Assembly: GCA_964016885.1 (NCBI GenBank)
Contig: OZ024740.1
Location: forward strand, 186,806,001 to 186,870,000
Direction of reading: 5' to 3'
Length of the DNA stretch: 64,000 bases
DNA from: Eledone cirrhosa
Lineage: Eukaryota
In this document: positions 37,839 through 49,810 of the stretch, one piece after another
How positions within the stretch are numbered: position 1 is the first letter of the stretch
How the letters are laid out: every line of letters begins with the position of its first letter
Made by a program: the position numbers and the translations under genes
The notes under the pieces: model-generated
Databases searched by the model: none
What the model was told of the DNA's origin: nothing
The model's input: only the letters and a program-made list of their open reading frames with translations

Positions 37839-37842
<4 letters not shown>
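37305..37842 (-). repeat. Upstream duplicate of the Penelope 3' region (pseudo-LTR) with a short terminal inversion
   Basis: 37477-37804 duplicates 33258-33628; 37807-37843 inverts 37341-37378. Confidence 0.85.
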
Positions 37843-37881
<39 letters not shown>

Positions 37882-38149
37882 AAATGTTCTGTAAATATAA
37901 GATACTTTAATATATTACTAAAACATGGCAGAAATCTTTGACATCTTTTAATTTAGAAACAGATATTTTGCATCTATGTGTATGTATAAGTATGCCCACA
38001 ATAATTATTATGTGTATATATGCGTATATATAAGTATGCCCACAATAATTATTATGTGTATATATACATCAACATCATCATCTCCGTGTAACATCCATTT
38101 TTCCACGCTAGCGTGGGTTAAACAAGTATATATATATTTATATATATAT

Positions 38150-39320
38150 AATAAATGGAGAATAGGAAGGTTGTGTAGTAGCTAGTTAAGGTAGGCTTAA
38201 AATTAAGAATAAAGCAAAACGTGGGTGGAGTTTTCCTCATCAGTTGCCTACTGGTGTTCTTGGATATTTCAACACTTTAAAGACAATATATCTACCCTCA
38301 GAGCGTTCAATAACTAGGTAAGTTACTGGGAAAACGGAGGAGAGAGGGAAGGAAAATAGAAAGAAAAAGGGGAAGGGAAGAATAGAGAAAAACAGCGAAA
38401 AAAACAACAAACCAAAGAATATGCGAGCAACTTCAAGAAACAAAATTCAAGTTTTCATCGGTGCTGAACGTAAGTTCTAGAGCGTGTGGATGAATGGAAA
38501 AACCCGTCTGATCCCAGCGAGTGTGAGAAAAGAACTGCTAGAGGGTCAGGCGAGGGAAACAATGCATTGGGTGAGTGAAAGTGAGAGGAAGAAAGGGAGA
38601 GAAAGAAAGAGTGGGAAGTATAGAGCATAGAAATTGGTAGGTAGAAGGAGAGAGAAGATGGGTCACAGCGAAACATGTTAAAATAAATGGAGAATAAGAA
38701 AGCTGTGTAGTTGGTAGTTAAGGTAGACTTAAAATTAAGAATAATCAAGAACGTGGGAGGGGGGGGGGGGCATTGAAATATCCGAGACCCCCAGTAAACA
38801 ACTGATGAGGACCCCCCACCCTCCCGATCTTGGTTTATTCTTAATTTTAAGTCTACCTTAACTAGCAACTACACAGCTTTCCTATTCTCCATTTATTTTA
38901 ACATGTTTCGCTGCGACCCATCTTTTCTCTCCTTTTACCTACCTATTTCTATGCTCGACTCTTCCCCCTCTTTCTTTCTCTCCATTTCACTCACCCCCTC
39001 TCTGCCAGCCACCGCATTGTTGCCCTCACCTGACCCTCTAGCAGTTCTTTTCGCACTTACACTCGCTGGGATCAGACGGGTTTTTCCATTCATCCACACG
39101 TTCTAGAACTTACGTTCAGCACCGATGTGGAATTGGATTTTGTTTCTTGAAGTTGCTCACACATTCTTCCGTTTGTTGTTTTTTTCGCTGTTTTTCTCTT
39201 TTCTTCCCTTTTCCCCTTTTCCTTTCTATATTGTCTTTAAAGCATAGAAATATCCAAGACCCTCATTAGACGACTGATGAGGAACTCCCCCGTTCTTGCT
39301 TTATTCTTAATTTTAAGCCT
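38150..39320. mobile_element. Non-coding retrozyme-like element: two inverted ~0.55-0.6 kb copies, each with direct terminal repeats carrying a rearranged hammerhead-like motif
   Basis: 38150-38760 (-) is homologous to 38770-39320 (+); GAAATATCC...CTGATGAGG recurs at 38775-38810 and 39247-39282 (+) and at 38235-38270 (-). Confidence 0.7.
38223..38297 (-). ncRNA. Candidate non-circularly permuted hammerhead ribozyme (family II)
   Basis: Minus strand: gggta gatATA ttgtct ttaaagtgtt GAAAtatc caagaacaccagt aggcaa CTGATGA ggaaaac tccaccc. Confidence 0.6.
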
Positions 39321-39473
39321 ATATATATATATATATATATATATTTATAAAAGGAATTCCAACTTTGTCTGATTTACTCGTTTTATTTACATTCCTTTAA
39401 AATTATAATATTATAATGAAATAGTTTGGTCGAATATTAAATGTTAAGTGTTAATTGAAAAAGTATTTTCATG

Positions 39474-39509
<36 letters not shown>

Positions 39510-39518
39510 CTATATATG

Positions 39519-39663
<145 letters not shown>

Positions 39664-40042
39664 TAAAATAACAGATTAAAGTTTAAGCAAAGAATCGCTG
39701 CTTTCACCCTTAACGGGATCTTCTGAAACTAACAAAGTCAATCTGTAAACGCAGGACTGGATATTTCAAAAACGATTCTTTGCTTAAACTTTAATCTGTT
39801 ATTTTAATAAATATTTGCTCTACGGTTCTTATATATTTGATTTATATTTTCCTTATCGAGCCCTCTTTGGATTTTAGTCTTCAATTTTATTATTATTACT
39901 ATATATATATATATATATATGTATACATATATGTTTATATATATATATATATATATATACGTTATTCCGGGTTGAATCGGAGGTAACCACAGTAAGTAAG
40001 GTACTCAATACATAGCAGAGTATAAAAGTTTTAATATAGATG

Positions 40043-40093
40043 AGATTCTACAGGTCTAGAACTGTTTCATTCTTTAGAAATCATCAGGAATCT
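40043..40093 (-). ncRNA. Type I hammerhead ribozyme
   Basis: Minus strand: agattc CTGATGA tttc-taaa-gaat GAAACAG ttctagac CTGTA gaatct; 6-bp stem I, 4-bp stem III. Confidence 0.82.
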
Positions 40094-40643
40094 GGGTATC
40101 AAACAATAAAAGTGGTATATTATATAGGTCTTTCCAGGTGGTAGGAGAGGGTGGCGAGAGGGATGGGTAGAGGTCATTGGTTGATAGAAAAGGAAATTCA
40201 TTAAAAGCTAATTCTTTAAAGTTATAATTTATATTTAGACTGACAAAGGCAAAAAGAATTCTATAAACAAGTTCAGATTGGAGTACCACTCCTTATTTTA
40301 AAGTTTCTCTTAAGCTAACAATGCCTATATTTCAGGTGTCAATAAGATCATTGGGGGTCAGTCAAGGTTGAAGGATTTAAAGAAAAGGGAAATTCTTTAA
40401 AAGCTAATTCTTTAAGGTTCTACTTAGAGTGACAAAGGCCAAAAGAATTCTATAGAGCAGTTCAAAATATTGGGGGCCTATCACACCATTATCTTCAAAT
40501 TTCTCTTAAGCTATATTCCAGGTTTAAACAGACACATTCACAAACACAAACACACAAACATGCATGCGCACCCACACACACATATATATATACATATACA
40601 TATATATATATACATATACATATATATATATACATATACATAT

Positions 40644-40765
<122 letters not shown>

Positions 40766-40811
40766 AAATAAAATAAATAAGTCAAAAGTTTAAAATTTAG
40801 CTTCGTTTATT

Positions 40812-40866
40812 ACTGCTATATATATTTCGGTAACAGCCATCTTTGGCTGTGACCTCTTCAGGCAGT
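40812..40866 (-). ncRNA. Minimal type I hammerhead ribozyme
   Basis: Minus strand: actgc CTGAAGA ggtcacagcca-aaga-tggctgttacc GAAAT atat ATA gcagt. Confidence 0.85.
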
Positions 40867-41366
40867 CCGAATTAGTATGGTATAGACAAGTACATATGTT
40901 GTTTAGGTGTATAATATTGTCAATACTCTGATATGCCCAGTTCCTGGTTGGGTTGTTATTTCACTGAGGAACTGGAATCATATGAATTCAAACAAACGAA
41001 TTTCAGTGTCAAAGGGCCTCTCTTCCTCTCATTAGTCAGTTGTTAGAACATTCCTCATTCAAAAGTCTATAGAAATTTGTTCTGAGGCAAGCCAATCTGT
41101 AGTTGTTGTTCTTGTTATTGTTAGGTACATCTGACCTCAATTCTTGTGTTGGTAGTGTTGTTATTGTTGGAGTTAGCTCAAAAAAATTGATAAAGTGGTA
41201 GAAGGAATAAGATGGTAAAGAAACAAAATAACAAAAAAATGTCAAACTTCCCATTGGTCAGTTTTGAGAGCATTCCTCAGTCCGAAGTCTATAGAAATTA
41301 TTTCTAGGGTGAGCCTCCCTGTAGTGTTTGTGTTTGCTATATATGTATATATATATATGTATGTAT

Positions 41367-44197
41367 GCTGCTATTAACAAACAAACAAATTAACAACACA
41401 CCAAAACAATTAAAACCATCCACTCTTGCCTCAACATTTTTGCTTAACGCCCAAGGTATCAGCCCTTCCACCAATACTCAAAAATGGAAGATCAAATTCC
41501 TGGAGGACTGGGTTGATGTCCATCCAAACCACATCCCTTTCTTCGTCCTCACTGAAATCCATCTCAGTAACCTCCACTTGGAAGCCGAGGTGAAAGTGAA
41601 AAATTCCAAAGCCATCCGTGCTGATCGCGCTGGCAGAAGAAAGGGTGGGACTGCCATTTATGTCCATAATTCTTTCTCAACAGAGGCTATGAACATATTT
41701 TCTAATGGATACTGTGAAGCAGTCACTGTATTCAGTCAAACCAACAACCTAATAGTAGTTGGGCTCTATAGGCCACCCCAAACGCCTCTACCATGCTTCA
41801 AGGAATGCCTCAACAGCATAAAGTGTTTCATCCAAGAGTGTCACCCTGACAACATCTTAATGATGGGGGACTTCAACCTCCCCGGAGTTGACTGGTCCAC
41901 AAACAGCCTGCCACCAGGTTCTTCTTCCTCAACCTCTGACAGGGAAGCAGTAGAATTGCTTCTTGACTTCATGGATGATTTTTTCCTGTCCCAAGTGTTG
42001 CTCGAACCAACGAGGTGCCACATAAACGTCCTAGACTTAATTTTCAGCAATCACACTGACACTATCCACAATATTGCAGTGGAGAAAACTCTACTCTCTG
42101 ATCATGACATAGTTCTCTGTGATCTGAGATTCCACCGTCCAATATACAAACCCAATGTCATCTCTCCTGTCCATCCGTTTGATGCTATGGATTTCCACAA
42201 TGCAAACTGGGAAGCGATCAGTCATGATCTTGCACATGTCGACTGGCCCTTCACGCACACTCACACACCCACTAACATCAAAAAGTCCTGGCAGACATTT
42301 ATGGACACTGTTACAAACATATGTGCAAAACACACCCCATTAAGAACTATAAACAAATCTAAGAGCAGAATCCCTAGAAATAGAAAACACGCTCATCAGG
42401 AAAATTAAGAGAACTAACAAAAAATCAACAAGCTGAAATACTTTCAGCAGCAACACATCAACTTGACTGCCATTTCATCACTAGAGATTAAAAAACATAA
42501 CCTCCAAAGCAATATGATGTCTATCATCAACAATCAGAGAAGAGCTGAAGAGGCCTGGGCCATTGAGAAGATTAAACTCAATCCCAAAGTGTTCTTTTCA
42601 TTTGCAAAAAAACACAAAATGACTGGCTCTACTGTTGGCCCTCTAATTGATGAAAATGGCACTCTTCAAGACAATGCTAAAACCATGGGTGAGATACTGC
42701 AGAAACAATACTGCTCTGTTTTCAGCAATCCTGATATGGCCGATCTGGGCTGTATCGGCGATGTTACTCCCCATTACGCCTTATCGGACATAACGTTTGG
42801 CGCCCCTGATGTCTTAGCGGCAATAAAGGAAATCAAGCATAATTCAGCAGTAGGTCCCAATAGGTTCCCTGCTTGTGTCTTGAAGGCGTGTCAACACCAA
42901 CTTGCATCTCCTCTTACCAATCTGTGGCGGAACTCACTGGATGCTGGATATGTGCCAGAAAACCTTCTATCCCAGTCTGTTGTCCCAGTTTTCAAAAAAG
43001 GAAACAAATCCCTTGCCGTGAATTAGCGTCCACTCTCACTCACCTCTCATATCATTAAGGTATTTGAGAGAGTGGTGAGATCGCGAATGACTCACTTCCT
43101 TGAGAGTAACAATATGCTGAACTCCAACCAGCATGGATTCCGTAATGGAAGGGATTGCCTGACGCAGCTACTGCATCACTTTGATGACATTTTGAGAGCC
43201 TTGGGAGAGGGTTCCAACACTGATGTTATCTACCTTGATTTCAGCAAGGCCTTTGACAGGGTTGATCACAACATTCTACTGAGAAAGCTGTCCAATATTG
43301 GTGGCACTGGAAAGCTGCTGCAGTGGATCAAGTGCTTCCTGTCAAACAGAACACATGTTGTAGTCGAAGGAGTCAAATCCAGCCCAGCCAAAGTCAGTAG
43401 TGGGGTCCCACAAGACACTGTGTTGGGCCCACTTCTCTTCATTATATATATTAATGACATCACTGACATCATCAAACACAGCAACATTAGAATTTTCGCT
43501 GATGATTCCAAGCTCCAAAAGGTCATCAATGGCGTGGATGACCGGATAAGCCTTCAGTCAGACCTACTGACTGTTACCCAATGGGCGGAAAAGAACAACA
43601 TGTTACTGAACGAATACAAATTCGAACTGATCCACTTTGGAAAAGAGGATGCTCTGAAACTCCCGTACTCCCTTCCCTCCGGTGAAACTCTCGTGGCATC
43701 TAACAACATCAGAGACTTGGGAGTAACCGTGGACAGCAACATAAGCTGGGCCACGCATATAAGCAGCAAAGTTGACATGGCCCGCAGAATATGTTCCTGG
43801 ATCCTCAGAACCTTCCAGTCGAGAGATTCTCACACCATTATCCTTCTCTTCTCCACTTTTGCCCGACCACACCTTGAATACTGTGTCCACAAAAATCTAA
43901 ATTGCAACTCATAACAACAATACGGCACAATTATTTCACTTCAATTGACCCTGTTCTCTTCAACATCACACCAGGACACGTCAAAACAGAAACTGACCAC
44001 ACAAAATTCAAGAAGTCTTTGGACAAATTCCTCCAAGTTATCCCGGACAAACCACCCACACCCAGATATGTCTCCACAAACAGTAATTCTCTTCTCGAAT
44101 GGGCCATGGTGCCCAAATCCTGAATTGAAAGACTTCGCCAGGGGGTGCTATTAAGTTAGACATGGCCTGGGCCAATACTGGCCAAAATATTTTAAAG

Positions 44198-44199
<2 letters not shown>
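41367..44199 (+). mobile_element. CR1-group LINE ORF2 (APE plus RT), disabled, internal deletion near 43890
   Basis: LNAQG, LTEIHL, GGTAIY, LYRPP, MGDFNLP, LDLIF, SDH; YLDFSKAFDRVDH, SGVPQDTVLGPLLF, FADDSKL, RDLGV; frameshift near 42390, stop at 43024. Confidence 0.9.
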
Positions 44200-44281
<82 letters not shown>

Positions 44282-44330
44282 ATGTATGTATGTATGTATG
44301 TATGTATGTATGTATGTATGTGTGTGTGTG

Positions 44331-44360
<30 letters not shown>

Positions 44361-44362
<2 letters not shown>

Positions 44363-45983
44363 CAAATATTGCTGCTGATCGTAATAAATGGAGAAAGACT
44401 GTATATGAGGGAAAAGTTGCCTTTGACGCATCTCGAATCGCATACGAGAAAGTAAAGCAGGATGTGAGGAAGGGCATTGCTGTTGCACTTCCAGACGGCG
44501 AGGGTCCTCCTATGGTGCTGACATGCAGCGTCTGTGCGAGACTCTGCCTAAGCAAAGCTGGACTCGAAAGTCATCTTCACAGTCATAAAGTAAGACCAGT
44601 GCTTGACTACCAGGCTGTTGTTGGAGATGCTACTCATCATGCTTGCCAAACATGTGGTAGAGAATGTAAATCAGCAGGAGGGCTTAAGCGACATGCAAAA
44701 GTACACGAACTCCAACCACAGCCGACTATTCCCAGTGAATGTTTTGGTTGCCGACTCTGTGCAAGACATTTTAGATCATTGGCTGGGCTAAAAAGCCACA
44801 TTCGATCGCAGCGCTGTTAGTTGCTATCGTGTGTGTGTGTGTAGATATGTTTATGTGTGTGCGTGTATGTATATATATATATGTATATGTAAATTATTAT
44901 TGTTGTTGTCGTTATTATTATTGTTGTTATTATTATTATTATTTATTGTTATTAATGTATATGTGTGTGTGTGTGTATATGTGTGTGTATGTGTGTGTGT
45001 ATGTGTGTGCATGTATATGTATATATATGTGTATATATGTATATATATATATATAATGTATAAAAATCAATACAATATAATTACCTCATTACCAGAGGTT
45101 TCCCGAATGAGGCGAATACGAAAGAAACGTCTTCATTCGTTCGTCAGACGAGGCAATATAAAACATGGGTAAATACTTGGAAAGTCTCATCAAGAAAAGC
45201 AAAAAAAAAAATATAGACAAATGAATTAGAATATGAAATATATAAAAATCTTTCAAGAAATATATTTAGGTGTGTGTATATGTATGTATATACGCTCACA
45301 GATGTGCATATATGTGTATGCAGATATGTATACGTATAGTGAAAAAGTGTGCGTAAATATATAATTTAGGGCAAATTTATCTGTGTATCTGTAATCTACA
45401 GACAGAATAGATACATCATAAGAATATGAAGGCACGCGCATAAACACACCTACACACACGTACACTTATATGCGGAAATAAAAGAGGTAAGGGAGTGTAA
45501 TAATTAAAGGAAAGTATCAGTCTCGATATATTTATAAAAATGGAACAATAATTTAGAAAGAAAAAATTAAAGAAAAGAAGACAAACAAGGTACACGCATA
45601 CACACACACGTATATCTCACAAAAGAAACGCAAAAATATACATGCTTATATACACACGCACACTTACGCATCCATACGTTCGATACGTACACACACACAC
45701 ACACATACTTACACTCACGCATATTGAGGATGTAAAAAAAGGGGAGAAGAAAAAAGAAACAAAACATAAAACCTAGATGTAAAAACACGGATATAAAGAC
45801 ACATACACATACACATACATATATATATATATACACGCACGCGCGCGCACATACGTAGGCGCTCATGTACATATATAGAAAGTATACACACATTAAGGCG
45901 TTCAGCCACATATATATATATATTTCTTTTTTTTTTTTCTCCTCGTGCAATGGCATACTCGATAACGAGGGGGCAGCCATCAT
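44361..45983 (+). mobile_element. 3' end of an RTE (BovB-like) family with three C-terminal C2H2-type fingers; 3' UTR interrupted by ~1.1 kb of repeats
   Basis: In-frame AADRNKWRKTVYEG...KQDVRK precedes ORF 44464-44820; terminus ggcatactcgataacgagggggcagccatc at 45952-45981; (TATG)n on both sides. Confidence 0.75.
45081..45156 (-). ncRNA. Type I hammerhead ribozyme
   Basis: Minus strand: ttgcctcgt CTGACGA acgaatga...tcattcgg GAAACC tct GGTA atgaggtaa; 9-bp stem I, 7-bp stem II. Confidence 0.85.
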
Positions 45984-46012
45984 GTATGTATGTATGTATG
46001 TATGTATGTATG

Positions 46013-46061
<49 letters not shown>

Positions 46062-46093
46062 CTTTGAAATGTTTTGGCCAGTATTGGCCCAGG

Positions 46094-46477
46094 CCATGTT
46101 TAGTGGTTAGAGCATTGGCCTTGCAATCGAAAGGTTGTGAGTTCAATTCTCAGACCGGGTGATGTGTTGTTTCCTTGGGCAAGACACTTTATTTCACATT
46201 GCTCCAGTTTACTCAGCTGTAGAAATGAGATGATAGGGACTGGGGTCCCTATCATCCCACTGTAAAGTGGACGTGGAGGTGCCACAGCAAAAAAGCACCC
46301 AGCCCACACTGTAAAGTGGACGTGGAGGTGCCACGGCATAAAAGCACCCAGCACTCACTGTAAATGAGGTTGGTGTTAGGAACAGCATCCAGCTGTAGAA
46401 ATCAAGCCACAATCAGTTCCCATCCCACCCTTGCAAGCAGAGAAAAGCGGACGTAAAATGACGATGATGATGATGAT
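46094..46477 (+). mobile_element. SINE family A, nearly full length, with internal tandem duplication
   Basis: tttagtggttagagcattggccttgcaatcgaaaggttgtgagttcaattc head; cactgtaaagtggacgtggaggtgccac duplicated; (GAT)n tail. Confidence 0.9.
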
Positions 46478-47450
46478 AGTGTTAGAATTAAGGCGACACA
46501 AACAAGTGATGGACAGTTTCCCCTCATCAGTTGTCTACTATGGGTCACAGATGTTTCAGTTCATTATAGACAATACATCTATCCATAGCGCGCTCATATC
46601 TTTTTATCTATCAAAAAGCCATGAGGGAAAGAAGCGATATCAAAGAGAGAGAAAGAAAGAAAAAAAGGAAAAAAAAGAAAAAAGCATACCGATAGAAGGG
46701 TGGAACACTGGACAATGACACATGTAAGTAACTGAGTATTTATTGCTGTGACCTCCACCCCATCCTCTGTACATATCTCGCAAAGTTTGTTGCTCCTGGT
46801 CAGACTTATATCTTACCATTTTTTGGATCAACTCTTTCCCTTTCTCTCTCTATCTCTCTCTCCCTCTACCTTTCGTTCTATCAATCTCACTTGTTTGTTA
46901 GTCCTAGTTAGACTTGCATCGTGCCAGCCCTTTGGATTAACTCCTTTTCCCTCCTCCTCCCTCTCTCTCTATATATTCCTCTTCCTCACCCCCTCTGCTT
47001 TCTGCCCCCCCCCCTCGCTTCCAGTTCCTCCATCTTTCTCTCTCTCTCTGCACTCACTTTCACTAAGAATAGACGTGTTTACCTCACTCCACTGTTATTA
47101 TGGCCCCTGTGCTTAAACTCAATGGCTTTTTTTAACTTTGTTCTATTTCTTCACGGTTACTTACTTACATGTGCCATTGTCCTGTGTTTCACCCTTCTAT
47201 CGCTATGTTTTCTTTTTTTTCCCTTTTTCTTTTCTTTATTTCTTTTTTTCTTTCTTTCTCTCTCTTCGCCATCACTTCTTTCCCTCATGGCTTTTTGATA
47301 GATAAAATGCTACACTGCAGATAGATGTATTGTCTATGATGCACTGAAACATGTGTAACAACTGATGAAAGGAAATTGTCCATCTCTTGTCTGTGTCGTC
47401 TTACTAATACTCGTTATCAGTAACCACAGAGCCTCATCTTTCTCAATCCA
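46478..47450. mobile_element. Non-coding CT-rich element as an inverted pair, each arm with a rearranged hammerhead-like motif (family I)
   Basis: 46480-46685 is the reverse complement of about 47210-47410. Confidence 0.7.
46509..46586 (-). ncRNA. Candidate non-circularly permuted hammerhead ribozyme (family I)
   Basis: Minus strand: atggat agatGTA ttgtcta taatgaact GAAAcatct gtgacccatag tagacaa CTGATGA ggggaaa ctgtccat. Confidence 0.65.
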
Positions 47451-47614
47451 TATTTATATATATATATATATATATATATGGAAGTAGCTGTTAAAATGGC
47501 AAGAGCTCAGCCATCTGGTCCTGATTCTTTATTTTATAATCATTCTCTACTACCCCAAGTATCGAGTGTTGAGTAATGATCTAAGCAGTTTTAAATTGAA
47601 TCCATATATATATA

Positions 47615-47880
47615 TTCATTTCATTTCATTTCATTTTATGTCCGCTTTTTCCCTGCTTGCAAGGGTGGGACGGGAACTGATATTGGCTTGATTTCTACAG
47701 CTGGATGCCCTTCCTAACACCAACCTCATTTACAGTGAGTGCTGGGTGCTTTTTTGCCGTGGCACCTCCATGACCACTTTGCAGTGGAATGATAGGGACC
47801 CCAGTCCCTATCATCTCATTTCTACAGCTGAGTAAACTGGAGCAATGTGAAATAAAGTGTCTTGCTCAAGGAAACAACAA
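47615..47880 (-). mobile_element. SINE family A, 5'-truncated
   Basis: Matches 520-768. Confidence 0.88.
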
Positions 47881-48989
47881 GACACTTATATATATATATA
47901 TATACACACACACAGACACACACAAACGCATATATATTTCTTTAAATGTTATTTATATATTTATATACACACAGAAGCATATACCTGTATTTAAAAGTGT
48001 ATAGACTCACACTCACACATGCATATCACTGGTTGACTTGAAGCATTGGAAAAAGTGAACAGAGATACAAGCATCACTGTCCACTTTTTACTGTCTCCAG
48101 AGGTAATTTACGCAATTTAAGCAAGTATTATTTATAGATATTGACTATTGTTATAGTTATCTGCATTTTGGCAACTATAGTTTCAAATATATATAAAGAG
48201 AAGAAGGTGGGATTGATATTTAGTAACAAGATTATATCAAACTTACTTCTCGGTGAGAATAATTTTGTTCAAAAAGAGAAAAAGAAAAAACAGAATTGTC
48301 TAGTGGTATATATATATCAAATTGCAGTTTTCAAACCTGGCTGCCTTCCTGTCAAAGGTGACAGATTTCCTTTCTCTAACAGTTATAAATATTGAGTAGA
48401 TTTACAAATGTTTCTACTTTTATATATATGACATGATTTTGCTCTTCCTAATCCCTAACCTTATTCACTTATAATTGGGCCAAACTGTTTCAATATGGTA
48501 AATATATCTGGCCAATTTATATATATTTTTAGCTTTCTTTTCTCTTCTAAGGCCATTTTAGATATTAGAGAGCTTAGCTTCTTCCAATAGATTTTTGTTT
48601 TTCATGATTAATGGATTTCCAAGTAAGACAGTAATTTCCAGGAATTGTGTGTCTAGGCATTGTGTATCCAAGCATAGTAAGTGTATTATAGATAATCTAC
48701 TCGGACCTTATTATCTTATGTGTCCACCTTTATTAAAGATGGTAGGGTATGGTTTGAAGGTGGTTTAACTGCTTCAATATGTGACTCACTTGTATTTCCT
48801 TCCTTTTTAAATAAATGTTTGAAATTTATTTAAATCAATGACTTTCAACTATTGTCATAAATGGCTTAGATTATATCCTGAGAACATATGGTTATTCACA
48901 AAATATGCACACTTCCATACACAAACACACATGCTCCCATTACATACTTGTGTGCAGGAAAACTGTTTCACATATGCATTCTTCTACTT

Positions 48990-49420
48990 GCACTTCATCA
49001 TCATCTTAGCAAGGGTTAGACGAGATGTCCCACTGTCAGATCACATAGCCATGTCATGCACACACAAAACTGTTTCTGGCTTGGTTTCTACTGCTGGAAG
49101 CCCTTCCGAATGCCAACCACATTTACAGCATGAACTGGGTGTTTTTTATCATGGCACCAAATCAACCACATTACAGATTGGACTGTGTGCTTTTTGTTGT
49201 GTCACTATCATGACCATTTTAAGAGTGGACTGAGTGCTTTTTGTGTCACCAGCACGACCACTTTAGAGGGTAGACTCGCTGCTGTTTGTCCATCTTATGG
49301 TTTCAAAACGTGTCCACTCAACACACCTCCGAGGTTAGCTTTCATCCTTACGATAAAATAAAGTACCAGTAATGCACTGGGATACTTGCTCGCCTTGTGC
49401 CAAAAGTAGAAACAATTATT
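48990..49420. mobile_element. Old RTE-tailed SINE relic (-) followed by a SINE B 3' half (+)
   Basis: gctggaagcccttccgaatgccaaccac; ttcatccttacgataaaataaagtaccag...ccttgtgccaaaagtagaaacaattatt. Confidence 0.65.
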
Positions 49421-49770
49421 TTGTATAATGTAAAAGTTTAATACATTTATTCAAGAGAAGATAATCACAAAACAAAACTAACCTTGGGTTATCTTCCTTC
49501 CACAACATTCTATATGTACATAAGAAGTGGCAACACTAAAGGTTGGCAGTTATATGTACTTTTAAATGACAACATATGCTTCAGTGAACATTTGGATTCA
49601 TAGTACACTATCTGGTGCAACCGTAAACCAGCACACTATATAACATGTACTACACTTACATAATACAGTTATTCTAAATTGTATTAAATTCTCCCATATT
49701 TTATGTGATTAAAGTTTACACACACATGTGTATGTAAATGTATAAATATACATATTATATATACATATAT

Positions 49771-49810
<40 letters not shown>

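Noticed and set aside
44464-44820. Host C2H2 zinc-finger gene
   Set aside because: In frame with RTE C-terminal motifs, no TGEKP linkers, flanked by microsatellites, and related to the 12.2 kb repeat
46094-46165. tRNA gene
   Set aside because: A and B boxes are present but there is no complete cloverleaf; it continues into a SINE body found in many copies
46509-46530. Alternative canonical reading CUGAUGA-GGG-GAAAC-U-GUC
   Set aside because: It leaves no stem II or closable stem III, and the equivalent GUC is absent in the 38 kb family, whereas the upstream GAAA and its pairing are conserved
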